Assembly: GCA_000165425.1 (NCBI GenBank)
Contig: CT868654.1
Span: 124,001 to 188,000 of the forward strand
Origin: Paramecium tetraurelia
Lineage: Eukaryota
Direction: 5' to 3'
Length of the DNA: 64,000 nucleotides
Part shown: positions 40,247 to 52,824 of the stretch, in pieces
Position numbering within the stretch: position 1 is the first letter of the stretch
How the letters are laid out: each line of letters begins with the position of its first letter
Notes under the pieces: model-generated
The model's database searches: none
What the model saw: only the letters and a program-made list of their open reading frames with translations
Told to the model about the DNA's origin: nothing
Made by a program: the position numbers and the translations under genes

Positions 40247-40820
40247 TCACAATTAATAAAATGCCTAAATCTTAATGATTGAAATAATTTTATGGATTGT
40301 AACAGATGTAACATTTTTATTGTAAAATCTTATCTTTGTTACAATTTGATCAGGAAATCTAACCTCACTTACATATTAGGTGAATCCATTAAAAATTTCG
40401 GTCTCTGTGATTTTGTCAACTACTACAATAAAAATTTGTAATTCAGCAATTCGTTTGTCATTATCCCATAATCTAAACCTCACTAAATTTATTTCATATG
40501 GGTGCAACAGCTCAATAATTATAGATTAATGTAAATTAAAGTCAATATGGCCAACATACTATGATAAATTATTAAAAAAATAGAGATAATCCCTTAAAGG
40601 ACTTGCAAGAGTACCTTAAAAGGAAAACAAATTATTTCTAGCTGTTGAGATGACGGCCCCTTTTTTTTCTGAAGCTACATCCACATAGTTTCCTCTGATT
40701 TTTGACTTTGTATGTTATAAAAATTAAGTGTTTTCAATACAATTTGCAAAAGCGAATTAATTTTGAACCTATAAGCTCCACAGTAGTATAATCAGGTAAA
40801 ATTTAATTATTTTGATATTT
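40247..40820 (-). CDS. Secreted galactose-binding/discoidin-like domain protein; start codon unclear (possible pseudogene)
   Basis: Open frame IKFYLIILLWSL...NYVDVASEKKGAVI...IIIELLHPYEINLVRFRLWDNDKR...FPDQIVTKIRFYN...SIIKIQAFYQL*. There is no ATG directly before the signal-like segment. Confidence 0.6.
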
Positions 40821-41437
40821 TACTATTTATATAACGATTGAATACAAAAATAAGTTAATTTAAAAAAATGAAAACAAATATTTTAAAACTAGTTAAATGA
40901 TTGTATTGCTAAAAATATAAAGATAGTAAACCTGCTTCCTTATTTGTAGAACATTAAGAATCTTAAAATTTCCATGTTATTTTGTTGAATAAACAGCCAA
41001 GTTGAATCAAGAGAAGTAATTTAACTAATAAATGGTCCATGATCATCAAAGGTATTGGATATCTTTCCAAAATTACTCCAAAAATAGTTTAGGATTGAAT
41101 TGCTCCGAAAATTGAAGCTTTTCAAAAGATTCTTAAAGAAAATAACCCTATTGAAATGCAAATATATGTATGAAAGAATTTTCATTGAAAATATCATTTG
41201 TAATTTGAAAATTAAATTATTGTATTTTTGTATAAATATTGACCTTATTGCTGTGGTTCTAAGGGGCAGTGTATATTTTAGTCCCTAAAGCTTATTCCAA
41301 ATTTTGCATCATATAATACCAATCTGATTATAAGCTGTGAGAATTAAACAAACAGTTTGGGCATTAGAGAACTTCTAACTTAGTGAGAAATGTTCAAAAT
41401 TCAAGAATATTGTAAAATAATATTATTTATATTATTT

Positions 41438-43425
41438 TCAATTAATCTAGACTTCTGTTATGATATCAAAATTGTCCTCTATTTCTTGTTATTCAACCTC
41501 TTCTTTTTCTACTTATTCATCACCATTTTCTATTTTTTCTAAGGCTTAATCTAATGTATTCTTTAATATATTACTCTTTATTTCCTTAAAAATTTCATTT
41601 TCTTCATAAACATCCAGCATTTTATCACAAAAATCCATAACTTCTTAATATTTTTTTAATTCCATTAAGCATTAAACTAAAAATTAAAGATCTATCACCT
41701 TTCAATATTTACATTTAACAAAAATCGGGATCTTAAGATAAAATAATGTTAAAAGTGGAGATAGCTTCTTCAAATTTTTTGCTTAGAAATAAGCATTCAC
41801 CTTTTAAGATTAAAGGAAGTTAATCGAATTGCTATTTGCTATACAACTCATCATAAAATTTTGTAGTTTATTCAGGATCATTTTAATTGAGAATTAATGC
41901 TAAAACTATTTAAGTATTTTACCTTTTTGCTTCAGTACTGATACATTTTATGGATTAATAGCCATAATGCTATCAAATAGTTCCAAACTTTGATCTATCT
42001 TATCCTCCTATAATAAGAACAATGCTTGAAATTAAATTAATATTCACCTTTGAAAAATTAAATCATCCATAATGTTTCATCAATTTCCTTAAGCTCCTCT
42101 ACTAATTTATTTGCTTCTGCAAAATCTTATAGCTGAGTTAATAGGGCTCCTTAAGATTATAGAATATACATACCTTTGTAGAAAAAAACCCTAATATCTT
42201 TTGGATATCTTTGAATCATTGTTTCACAAGTTATTAAAGCTTCTTAGTAATTTTCTAATGAAATAAGACATTCAACTAAAGTACATAAGTAAATTGTTAC
42301 TTTTCACACATAAGGCATTATAATTAAAAGGAGAATTTACTAAAATTTCGTCAAGTATTTGTGTTGCTTTATCCAATTCTAATTATTATGTTAACAACAT
42401 GCCTATTTTTCAAAAATTCTTACTTTTAGCAAGTAGAGTATAGATTTCATCAGATCCGGCTTGGATTATTTAATTGAAACATTCTCTTGCTTATTTAAAA
42501 TTCGATATTGCTTGTAAGCAATAACCTAATTATTTCTTTATCTTTTACCCTTAAGATAAATTGATTTAAAATCAGTTTTATTTTATTTTTAAAGCTTGAT
42601 CGTAACAAATAATTGCACTCTTGAATTTATGTAAATATCGTAAGCACTCTCCTAAAAAATCAATTATTCTAAACCTTGTTGAATGTAAACTTGAGGATTG
42701 CTTTAATTTATTGATTGTACTTTTTAATAAAATTCTATTGCCAAATTAAATTTTTGTGTGACCCTTAAACATTCCGCTTGAAATATGATGAGATATTACC
42801 CTTTCCAAATAAAGCCTCTTCATTTTAGGAATTCATATTTAAACATTCATCATAGTATTTAATAGCATCTTAATAAACTTATTATTTAATTAAATAGTTT
42901 CCTATTTTATTATTAAATCATACCAATTTCAACCAAGGTTTATTCATCCTTCTTTGTAAATATATTTAATTAACAATTTTAATAAACTTCTTCAATAGTT
43001 TTTTTTAACTTAGATATTTATGGTTCAATTGATTATTAAATTGAAAATTGAACTCTTTCGAATGTCAAAGCTGATGATAGTGTATCTTAAAATTCACTTT
43101 AACCCATTAAATTAATAGTTGCCTCTATTCCAAAGACTCTATCTTCTAATCCTTTGATTAAATTTTTGAACAAGTTCTAAACTTCATTAAATATATTTTT
43201 TGAAGTTGTAATAGCCTCTTTAAGTTTCCTCAATTCTCCATTGATAGTCAATTAAGCCTGCTCAAGTTTACCAACTTCAATCATATGTTGGAGATGTTCT
43301 GTCGTTTTCAAGCATTAAAAACAAACCAACCTTTCTTCTTTGCAATCTCTTTTGAGACAACAGAATTCAATATTTTCGTCAATGTGTAACTTACATTTAA
43401 AATTGATCGTCTCTTTCTACAACAT
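41438..43425 (-). pseudogene. Zn-finger + coiled-coil + TPR-repeat gene with one +1 frameshift (pseudogene or assembly error)
   Basis: N-terminal CKLH...CCLKRDC...CFQC...HLQH, then about 11 TPRs (e.g. GECLRYLHKFKSAIICYDQALKI) split by 10 introns. Exon 42549-42651 is 103 nt rather than 102, giving an in-frame TGA at 42574-42572. Confidence 0.8.
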
Positions 43426-43553
43426 AATTTTAATAAAGGCAGATTTCTAAAAAAATAATTTTTATATAAGAAAATATTAGATTAGGTTTAATAGAATTTT
43501 ATATACCTATATTTTAGTTTTCTTGTTGTAAATATATAGAAATAGTTGAAACA

Positions 43554-43573
43554 CAATCAATCAATCAATCAAT
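43554..43573 (+). repeat. (CAAT)5 microsatellite
   Basis: caatcaatcaatcaatcaat upstream of the TPR gene. Confidence 0.8.
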
Positions 43574-46081
43574 GAGAATAGTATTAACAAAATAAATGAC
43601 GAATTTGTGATTTTTAATCTAGATTACATACTGTATTTTGTTTATTCAAAATGAATAAATTTTCATTTAAATTAATTTATTTAATAACATCGAGTTTTAT
43701 TGCAATCCGGTTGATTAATGATATTTCAATTTAACTCTATATATTAGATTCTAAAACGCAACAACTTAAAATGATTATTTTTTTTTATCTAGAAATCAAT
43801 AATTATCTGTGTTGAACACGAAATTGAAAGGAATTATTTCAACATTACCCATCTGAAAATTTAAACTATTTAAAATTGGAATATTAGATTTAAAAGATTT
43901 ATCAAGAAAAAGATTACAATTAAAAAATATGAAATTAAGAAAATCCTGAGTTGATCTTACGAAAATAACTCAAGCCCATTAATATAGAATGGGAAATAGA
44001 AAGAAATATGATGATTATTATTTGATACGAAGTTGAATAAAAATGTTTGTTACTAAGGGAAAATTCGTAATGTGCTAAAATGGGATATTCGATTTAGAAT
44101 AGACTATTTATTTTATCCTTCAAGTTGAAGGCTTCTCAGTAAAAGCGATCGGTGATACCCTCCTAAAATCAATTGCCAGAAATTAGGAATTGTCCATGTT
44201 TTGATAGTGCTGAATAAATTACCTCTCTCATTAATTTAACTTATCTCCACAATATATAAACAAATACCTAAACATTTCATAAGCAAATCCTAAATTCATA
44301 CTTAGTTTATATTATCTTCCTATGAAGTGATAATCTCATCATCTTCAAAATAGAATTAAAAATACAAATTAATTAACTAGTTTAATTTATGTAATTATTC
44401 AATTAGCTTTTTTATATCTATATAAAGAATGAAAAAATAATTAAATTAGATAGGGTAAAATAAACAGTTAAAAGATTTTCAAAGATCTTGATTTCTTTCA
44501 AACTATTATAATGTTGTACTTTTCAAATTAATCCTAGTTGCTCTATTTTAAGGAACAACCCTAAAATAATTTTAAAAAAACGATATTAGCAATTATCGAA
44601 GCCTAATTCTGATTGAAAATAATAATATTGGAAACTTCGAGAATAGAAATATTAATTTTTAAGTTAGCAAGTATAAAAAAATTTTATTATTTTTAATATT
44701 AAGCTTTGAAAAAAGTGAGGATCTATAAAGAAAAGTATTTCATAAATTTCTTATAAACTAGCTCTATAAAAATAAAAAAGAGTTGACAATCAATCTGTTA
44801 GTAAACTTATAAAAAATAGATGAATTTAAAAAGAAAATCTTGTTATTCGTATTATAACAAGATGACAATTCTAAGGAGATTGTATAAAAACTCTAAGTTT
44901 TACATTTCAGAACATTTTTAAATAAAAAAAAGAGTATTCTGTAATAAATAATAAAGTTTTAAGATTTGAATAGTATTCAAAATAATCCAATTTAGGATTA
45001 TACTAAAACAATTCAGATTTAGGTCATTTCTGTTTAGATCATTCTCATGGAGACCAATATTGGTATAATTTTAGGATTTCGTTAAACTAGAAAGTTTAAA
45101 TTCAATATTGGTCTACTTAATGAGCCTAAATATGCAATTTAGAAACCTAAATTTTTGTTGTTTTAGTACAATCTGAAATATGATATATATTATTTATAAA
45201 TTTCTATTTAGTAATATTTTGTATATATCCAAACTCTAAATAATGGATGATAAAAAGAAAGAATTATAATTAAACTGGATCACTTGATTTTATTAATCTT
45301 CATATTCTAATTTTGTATTAAATTGTTAATCTACAGGGAATTTTAAAAACAATCGATTATGTTAACCAAGAAAAGGATTAGTAAATTATTATTATTCTGT
45401 TTATAATTACATTTGAAGTTATTTATTTCTAAAATCTCATAAATTTTGAATTATGCTTTTGATCTCAGAAGAGGCAATCAATTGAATGAAATTTATAGCT
45501 TAGGAATGTCTATTGTCATATATTTTTTGCTTTCTCAAGTTTGAAATTATAAAGTGGTTTCAGTTATAACTATCATAATAAATTTCTATGTCCTTATAGA
45601 TTTCAATTTTAAGATGGCAATCAGGATCCAGATATCCTATCTATTTTGTAGGGAATAAAAATAGTTTTGAAACTTTTATGTGGCTTTGTAACTTCTGCTT
45701 CAAATTAGATGTATTGCATTATATTACACAATTTAATTAATTATTATCGTATATTTTGAGTATTATTTTATGTATAAGTATAATATTAAAAATAGAGTAA
45801 ATACCGAATGAATTAGGAAAGCATATAGTATGTAATATAATAGTTAGTTAATAATTGAAATATGAAAAAAAGAAATACTTAGAACATCCTGATTTAGCAA
45901 TAACTAATTATTAGTAAAGGGTGGTTCACAAATTTTCTTAAGGACAATTCAACTTAATTATAGTAATTGAGAAATGTATTGGAATAGTTATTTATTTAGA
46001 TAAATAGATCTCGAACTGAAATAATTAAATAAAATGATTTAGTTGTAAATTCTTTGTTATTTTATTGTATAATCATTTATT

Positions 46082-48282
46082 TCAATTTTCCATCTAATCG
46101 AATCTAATTGATTTGACAATTTGATTGGATCTGTTTTACCAGGGACTAAAAATTAAATTAATAAAATTACATTGAATAAATGATTACTTCATATATCTAT
46201 TATTCAAATTCTGGATTTGAATAATTTAAATATATCTTGTAGTTGATTCCTGAAACAATTTATTCTTAAACACTAATAACTGAATCGAATTGATATCCAT
46301 CTTATTAAGGATTAAACTTAGTATTAATTTCCTTAATGGCTTCTTCAATGATCATTGAATTAGATTGTTAAAGTTCTGCAGTTTCAATTTATCTCCATGA
46401 TCCTGAAGCTGTATTTCTTTGAACCTCTTAATTGATTGAATTGTTATCTTGACTATTCTGTTGTTGATTAAGAGTGGGTTGTCTAACTTGAACCACTAAA
46501 ATCAGTCGGATCATCATTATATTTATAACCAGAGTAGTCACTGCTTGTAGCTTTAGAATCAATAGTGGTCACTGTAGTTTTTCCTTCGCTAACGACTTCT
46601 TTATTAGTATCGTTAAAAATTCCATTAATTGATTCGGAGGAAAATGAATAAGTGTAATTGTCATAATCGTAGGAGTTTTTTTATCGGCCTCCTGCTATAC
46701 TATCGAAGGTTGTGTTGGAACCTTCAAAATAGTTGGTTTAATTATCGAAAGATTTTGCACTGTTGCCAGAAGCAGTATAGTTATAATTAAAACCTTATTA
46801 ATTTTAATTATTAGAAGTGGAATTATTATAAGATGCGTCATATTATGTAGATTGTGAATTGTAAATACCTGCTTAATAGTCATCATGATAGATGGTGGTG
46901 CTATTATACTATCCTTAACTCTCTGATATAGAGGAAGAATCAGTATTTGAAAAGGTGTCATTTGTTCGATATTAAGAATTACTTTGGGTTGCATATTCAT
47001 TGATTTATGTATTTTCAAGCTGAGAAATTGATGAGTTATTTCCTTGAATAAAATTAGAGTCTATATAGTATTAGTTTTGGCTTTATGATTAACCTGAGTA
47101 TTTGCTTGAAGTATTTTGGTTAAAGTCTGCATCAGCATGGCCTTCACTACTATTTCTATATCTATAGGATGAGGTTGAGGATCCATTTTATTAATTTTCA
47201 TAAGTACCTCCATAGACGGAACTACTATATGAATAATTTCCTGTTTAATTAGAGTATCCAGCATTTCCATAAAAATAATTATTTTCACCATAATACAAGT
47301 TATTATTAAAGTCTGTTGAAAATCCATTGTATTCTCCATACTTGTTATATTATCCTGAAAATGTTTGATTTGTAAGAACGAGTGTTCCAAAGGCGTTTTA
47401 TTACTCTTTGTAATTTGTGTTGGTTGAGTTCTAGGCTATGATCAAAGAATAATTAAGGTTGAAGTTTCTGTATATCACATTACCATTATCATCATATTGT
47501 CTATCTAAAGTAACCTATGTGTTATTCTAATAGTAAAAATAGTTAGATTCAGTTGAATTTTCATAAATTTCAGTGTTATTATAAATAACTACGTACTCGT
47601 AAGTTCCACTAGATGTGTTGTAATAAGTAACATTTTAGGTGTTATTTTATATTTGTTCCTTTAGCATTTTTGAATTGTTTCTAACTCTCAATTATAGTCT
47701 TGATGGAATATATCTACTATTAATTGTTCTGTTGTAATTTGAGGAACCATTGGTTTAGTTAATAGTAGAAGTCTAATTGGTAGTGTTGTAGGATGAGGAA
47801 TTGCTGGAACTATTTGAAGTGGATGGATAATCATAGCTGTAGGTGAGGTTGCTGTAAGGATAAGATCCATTTGATCCATTTGTAGTATTTGATGAGTTGC
47901 TTGAGTTGCTTGAATTGCTTGAATTGCTATAGGTTGGATATTAGGTTGAAGATGACTGATATGTGTAATTGTAAGTTGAGTTGGGATAAGTACTATTATT
48001 TAAGTTGTATTCGGATTTCTTAACTTTAGCGAACAATATAGACTATTTCACGGAATCTTCTTAATATTATAATCGAGTACCTTAGGCAATAGATGGGACC
48101 TAATTAGGTGTCTCCTTCTCTTTCTTAATGCCCAACTCTGCTTCAAGCATTGATTTAAGAGTATCAATATCTTATGCTAAATGATATTAATCCTTAGTTT
48201 ATTCCAATAACTCTTTTACAGATTCTACTCTTGAAAGAGCAGTCAAGCACAACAATGCCATCACTAGTGGAAGATATTTCAT
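46082..48282 (-). CDS. Secreted N/S/T/Y-rich low-complexity protein with C-terminal cystatin domain
   Basis: Signal peptide MKYLPLVMALLCLTALS; long Asn/Ser/Thr/Tyr region (SNSSNSSNSS) with many N-glycosylation sequons; C-terminal SGSW...EQIVSGINY...YSIPW (cystatin G, QxVxG and PW motifs). Needs introns 46496-46529 (34 nt) and 46146-46170. Confidence 0.75.
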
Positions 48283-50078
48283 TATTTTAATATTTAATCT
48301 AAGAAGGAATTATTCCCCGTTTATATAGTGCTTATTCTGTAGTTAACATTGTATTTGAAGACTAAATTCCGCATAATTGATTTTATATGAAGATGATTTC
48401 CACATATCTCTAAGCTAGACATGTAATTCTGCTTTCATATCCCTCAAAATTACAAAAAGCCCAAGAAAATTTAAAGTTGCCACTTTCTACTTATTTCTTA
48501 TTCTAAAACATCCCCTTTCTGCTTGATATTGTGAGGATCTTCAATTTTTGATAAACCTACTAAGTACATGCATTATGTGAAACATTTGCAAACAAAGATC
48601 ATGATAAGTAGATCATGTGAATGTTTTGAGATCTTGTTTTTGCAATTAAGCTCTTAGAAGAAGTTTTCAAAATTTGATGAAAATCTATATTGTATATGTA
48701 AAACACAATATTAACAAGGAGGTGGATGCCCCTGCTATTTAGTTATATAATTAGCTATTAATAGATAAAAGAACAAAAATTAAATAGGAAATTTTTACTC
48801 TAAAATTCAAGGGAGAGTAATCTGCAAATTAACTATGTTGTGGAATTGACTCACTTACCCTTAATTGATGGTCTAATACAATAGGATGTCTGTACTTAGG
48901 CAATTTTCATAATTATAGAGATTAATCAATAATAAATTCCATAATATTAATATGTTAGATCTAAATGAGTCCAAATCTATGGATGCTTATTATTAAATCG
49001 ACTTTAATAGGGTATTTAACAAATGAAAAATTTTCTTAGTATCAACATATCCTAATTACAAAAGTTTAGATGTTGAAATTTACAAGAATTTTAAAATTAA
49101 GCTATTAAGACTAATTAATTTATGATTATAGAAATTATAAATATAATGAATATAGAATCAAAATTGCGGAATTAATAGTTGACTATAGAATAGAGATAAT
49201 TAGGTGGAAAAAGTGAAACCTTCAAAAATAAGCATCAATATTAAACTTTTTTACCAATTTTGATTTTTTACTTCTAATTTATAATAATAATTAACTTACT
49301 TTTTGTTATTCTTTGATTTAATTCATTTACATTTAACTAATAAAGATGAGATTTCACAGTGATTTATATTCATTCGTTTGGATTCCACTTATGATAAATT
49401 TGATATACAATTTAAGTGATATATCAAAGCATCTCGATTGATTCATTATCATTATAACAATCCTATCATCTATTTGATGATCAGTAAATAAATATTAAAA
49501 CATCACTGAGGAACAATAAATAGGTTAAATTCACCTATTTTTAAGGAGAATTAGTAAAGTCAATGTGGTTTCAAAATCTTAAATTGAAATCGCCATTATT
49601 CCCCATGGATGATTACAAACAACAAGGAGTATAATTGAGTAACAGTTGATAACACAATTAGAATGCAGAAGTTAAAAAAACAATCAAAATCAAATAAACT
49701 AAAGAGTTTACCTGAATCATGATTGTGACTAATTATTTAAAATAATAGTTTAATTGACTTTTAATCTGATTTAATTGGTTTTTATGATGACTAACAAAAC
49801 TAAATTTTCAGTACTTAATAGTTTTATTTTTAATTCCTACAGATTGTTAAATATTGTTTTTATTTATTTATATATTCTGATATTCGATCGATTAACTTTT
49901 TAATATAAAAGAAATAATAATTTATTGAAGTTTTTTATTAGCTGTGAAATAGATAGATTTAGTTTGCAATCTCAATTAAGACTTTAAGACTAATAATGTT
50001 GTTTATGCTCCATATTTTTTTTGAAAATAATAATAAAGTGAAATATTTTTAATTTATTTATCATCAAACATAAATTTC

Positions 50079-51974
50079 ATGGATCATATTTTGCAGATAA
50101 TAAAACAAAATCTAAAAGAGATTTGGATGCCAAGGAAATAAAAAGAAGCTGAAACTGTAGTCTATAATTTAGTAAACCTAAAATAAGAACTCTAAAATTT
50201 GAGAACTTAATTTATGGAGAAACTACACTAAAGCTTGTTAATAATCGATGAAATTCTCTAATATTTACAGATTTAACTAATTTCTCTAAAAATGAGTATT
50301 GACTAGAACTAAAATTTGGAAATTAGGAATCCCAAACAATTAAAAGAATTAATAATAAGTCAAGAGACCCAATATAATACAAATATAGGCAATAAATTCA
50401 CAGATTTGTTAACAATATGGAATGACAACTTTTTGAAAAACTTTGGAAACAGAATGAAGAAAATTGCTTAGAGAACTTCTGATTGTGATTTAGAACCATG
50501 TTTCAATTCATCAAACAGACCAGGGAATGGAAATATTAAGATTTGCTAGGAGCATTACTAATAGATCAATTATGTGAGGACATCAAATATTGCAAATTCT
50601 TAAAATTGGTTGGCTTGTGAGAGATGCATACAACCAGATCAAAATTACATACAATTAGAAGAGCTTGAAAAAGCATGGGGAGAGCATGCTAGATTAACGT
50701 TAGGGAAATTTAATAATCATTAAAATAATTTGAGTCTTTATTGGAAAAAAATATTATAAATAAGTGAGGAGTTCAATAAATTTGTATCATAATAAATTAA
50801 TTTGAAAAATGACGCTCATTCACAATAGATGTGCTTAATGCAAAAGAATTGGTCAAGTCTATCTTAAGTAGAATTAAATGATATTGCTTGCGATTATAAT
50901 AAACAGCCAAATAACTTAATTTATGAAAAGATTGAGCAAGAATCAATAAAAAAGGAAGATCAAATTCAATAAGTGATAAGTTAATACCAAAAATTCTTAG
51001 AGAAATTAGGGATTCTAATTAATTAAACAAATCCTAAATTTGAATTACAAAATAGCATCAAATAAAACAAATGCATTTCTTTTGCGTTTTCCTTGGATTC
51101 TTCAGTTATGGTTGTTGGATAATATTGTATGATTAAAGTATTTTAGTTTAGAGAGGGAGATTTAACAGAATAGTAAGAATTGACTGAACACCAAGGACAT
51201 GTGAGATGCCTTTATTTTATGAAAAAGACTTTGCAATTTGTTTCTGGTAGTACTGACAACTTAATCATAATTTGGTCATGGAATGAGAAAAGAAAATGGT
51301 ATTGCGATCAAATATTAAATGGACATTCGGATTATGTCAGGGGAGGATTAATAATGAACAATAAGGAAGATTTAATTATCTCTGGTAGTGATGATAAGAC
51401 AATTAGATTTTGGGTTAAAAGGAACAATATATGGAGACTTAATTAAACATTAACTGATCATGTTTAGGAAATAAAGAGCATCAGTCTTAATGGTTCAGAA
51501 AATCAATTGGTTTCATGTTCAACAGGATATGAGATTATTGTTTTCAAACTCAACACAGAATAATAATGGATGAAAAAGTAATAAATTTAGGTTGATTAGG
51601 AAGGATATAGTTTATATTTCTTAAGCGACACCCTTTTTACATTCTTGTCTCATAAATCAGATCTCTTGTATATCTATGAGTTTGATGAACCATAACAGCA
51701 ATTTATTAAGACCAAATAAATAAAATTAATTTCTGGGGATAAAACAATTGATTACTTCCCTTAGTAGTATAATAAAGAGAAGTAAATATTGTTAGTTAAA
51801 ATTGGAAAAACTATTAATATAATTAAAACTATTGATCAATAATAATTCGTTCCTGTCTAATTTATAGAAAATAAAGATAATTATCTTTATGGTGCCATGA
51901 CTAATGATGCTGAATATTTAGTAACTTGGGAAAGTAACGATAATACGATAAAAGTCAGAAAGTGCCATCAATGA
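50079..51974 (+). CDS. WD40-repeat protein with N-terminal coiled-coil/Zn-binding region
   Basis: Intronless 631 aa; ICQEH...LACERC; WD repeats EHQGHVRCL...FVSGSTDNLIIIW and GHSDYV...IISGSDDKTIRFW. Confidence 0.88.
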
Positions 51975-52824
51975 CTTCTCATTTATAATCTTATTAATGT
52001 GATATTAGGTAAAATAATATCCTTATAAATTTTATTAATTTAAATAATAATAATTTATTCGAAATTATTATGGTTAAGGCATTAGAATTTCCTATTTAAC
52101 CAAATATTATATTGCTTTTAATATAATTTGACATAATAGGGAAAAAGTATAAAAAATATCGGATTATATATAATTTTTCTATTTTTAATGATATCAACAA
52201 TTTTACTTGATAACATTCTTGCTCTATAGTATGTCTGATTTAGTTTACTAAAATATTATTTAAAATGATTTGCTAATTTCTGGAAATAGTTTCAAATCCA
52301 ATTATAATCGATTAAAAATAGATAAATAAAAGGATCAACTGCTTTAGTATTACTGCAATATGGAAACTCTTGAAATTAATGATGCATAATTTAATTTTTT
52401 TAATTACAAAATATCATTAAGATAATCAAAGAAAGCATTTTGTTGCCCTCATTCTATGATCTTCTTATGATTATTATTTCATAGAAATCATTTGAGATGT
52501 ATATAAATAATGGTCAATGAAATTTTTATTCTTTTACCAAAACGATTAAATACCTTGAATATTTATATCAAGATATTAAATCGAACTCATGTAAATGCGA
52601 TATCTTCAATGAAAAAAGAAGTTTCCTCAAATTTGAGGTTTCTAATCAAGAATTTCTGATCTAATTATGTTTGTGTGAAATAATATATTAAACTAATAAT
52701 AAAAAGTTCAAAATTGATGATATGTGGAATTGTGATATGAAGAATGTTGAATAAATTATTCAGTATGTATTCAGAAATTAACCTAAGCATTAAAAAGATA
52801 TTTTTACCCTTGCATATAATTAAA

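Noticed and set aside
40820..41400. Long TGA-free minus-strand frame upstream of the discoidin-like gene
   Set aside because: With a single stop codon, long open frames arise by chance in AT-rich DNA; there is no recognisable protein pattern.
41782..41800. Apparent 19-nt GT..AG intron in the TPR gene
   Set aside because: Reading through gives the TPR consensus KGECLF in frame; splicing it would break the frame.
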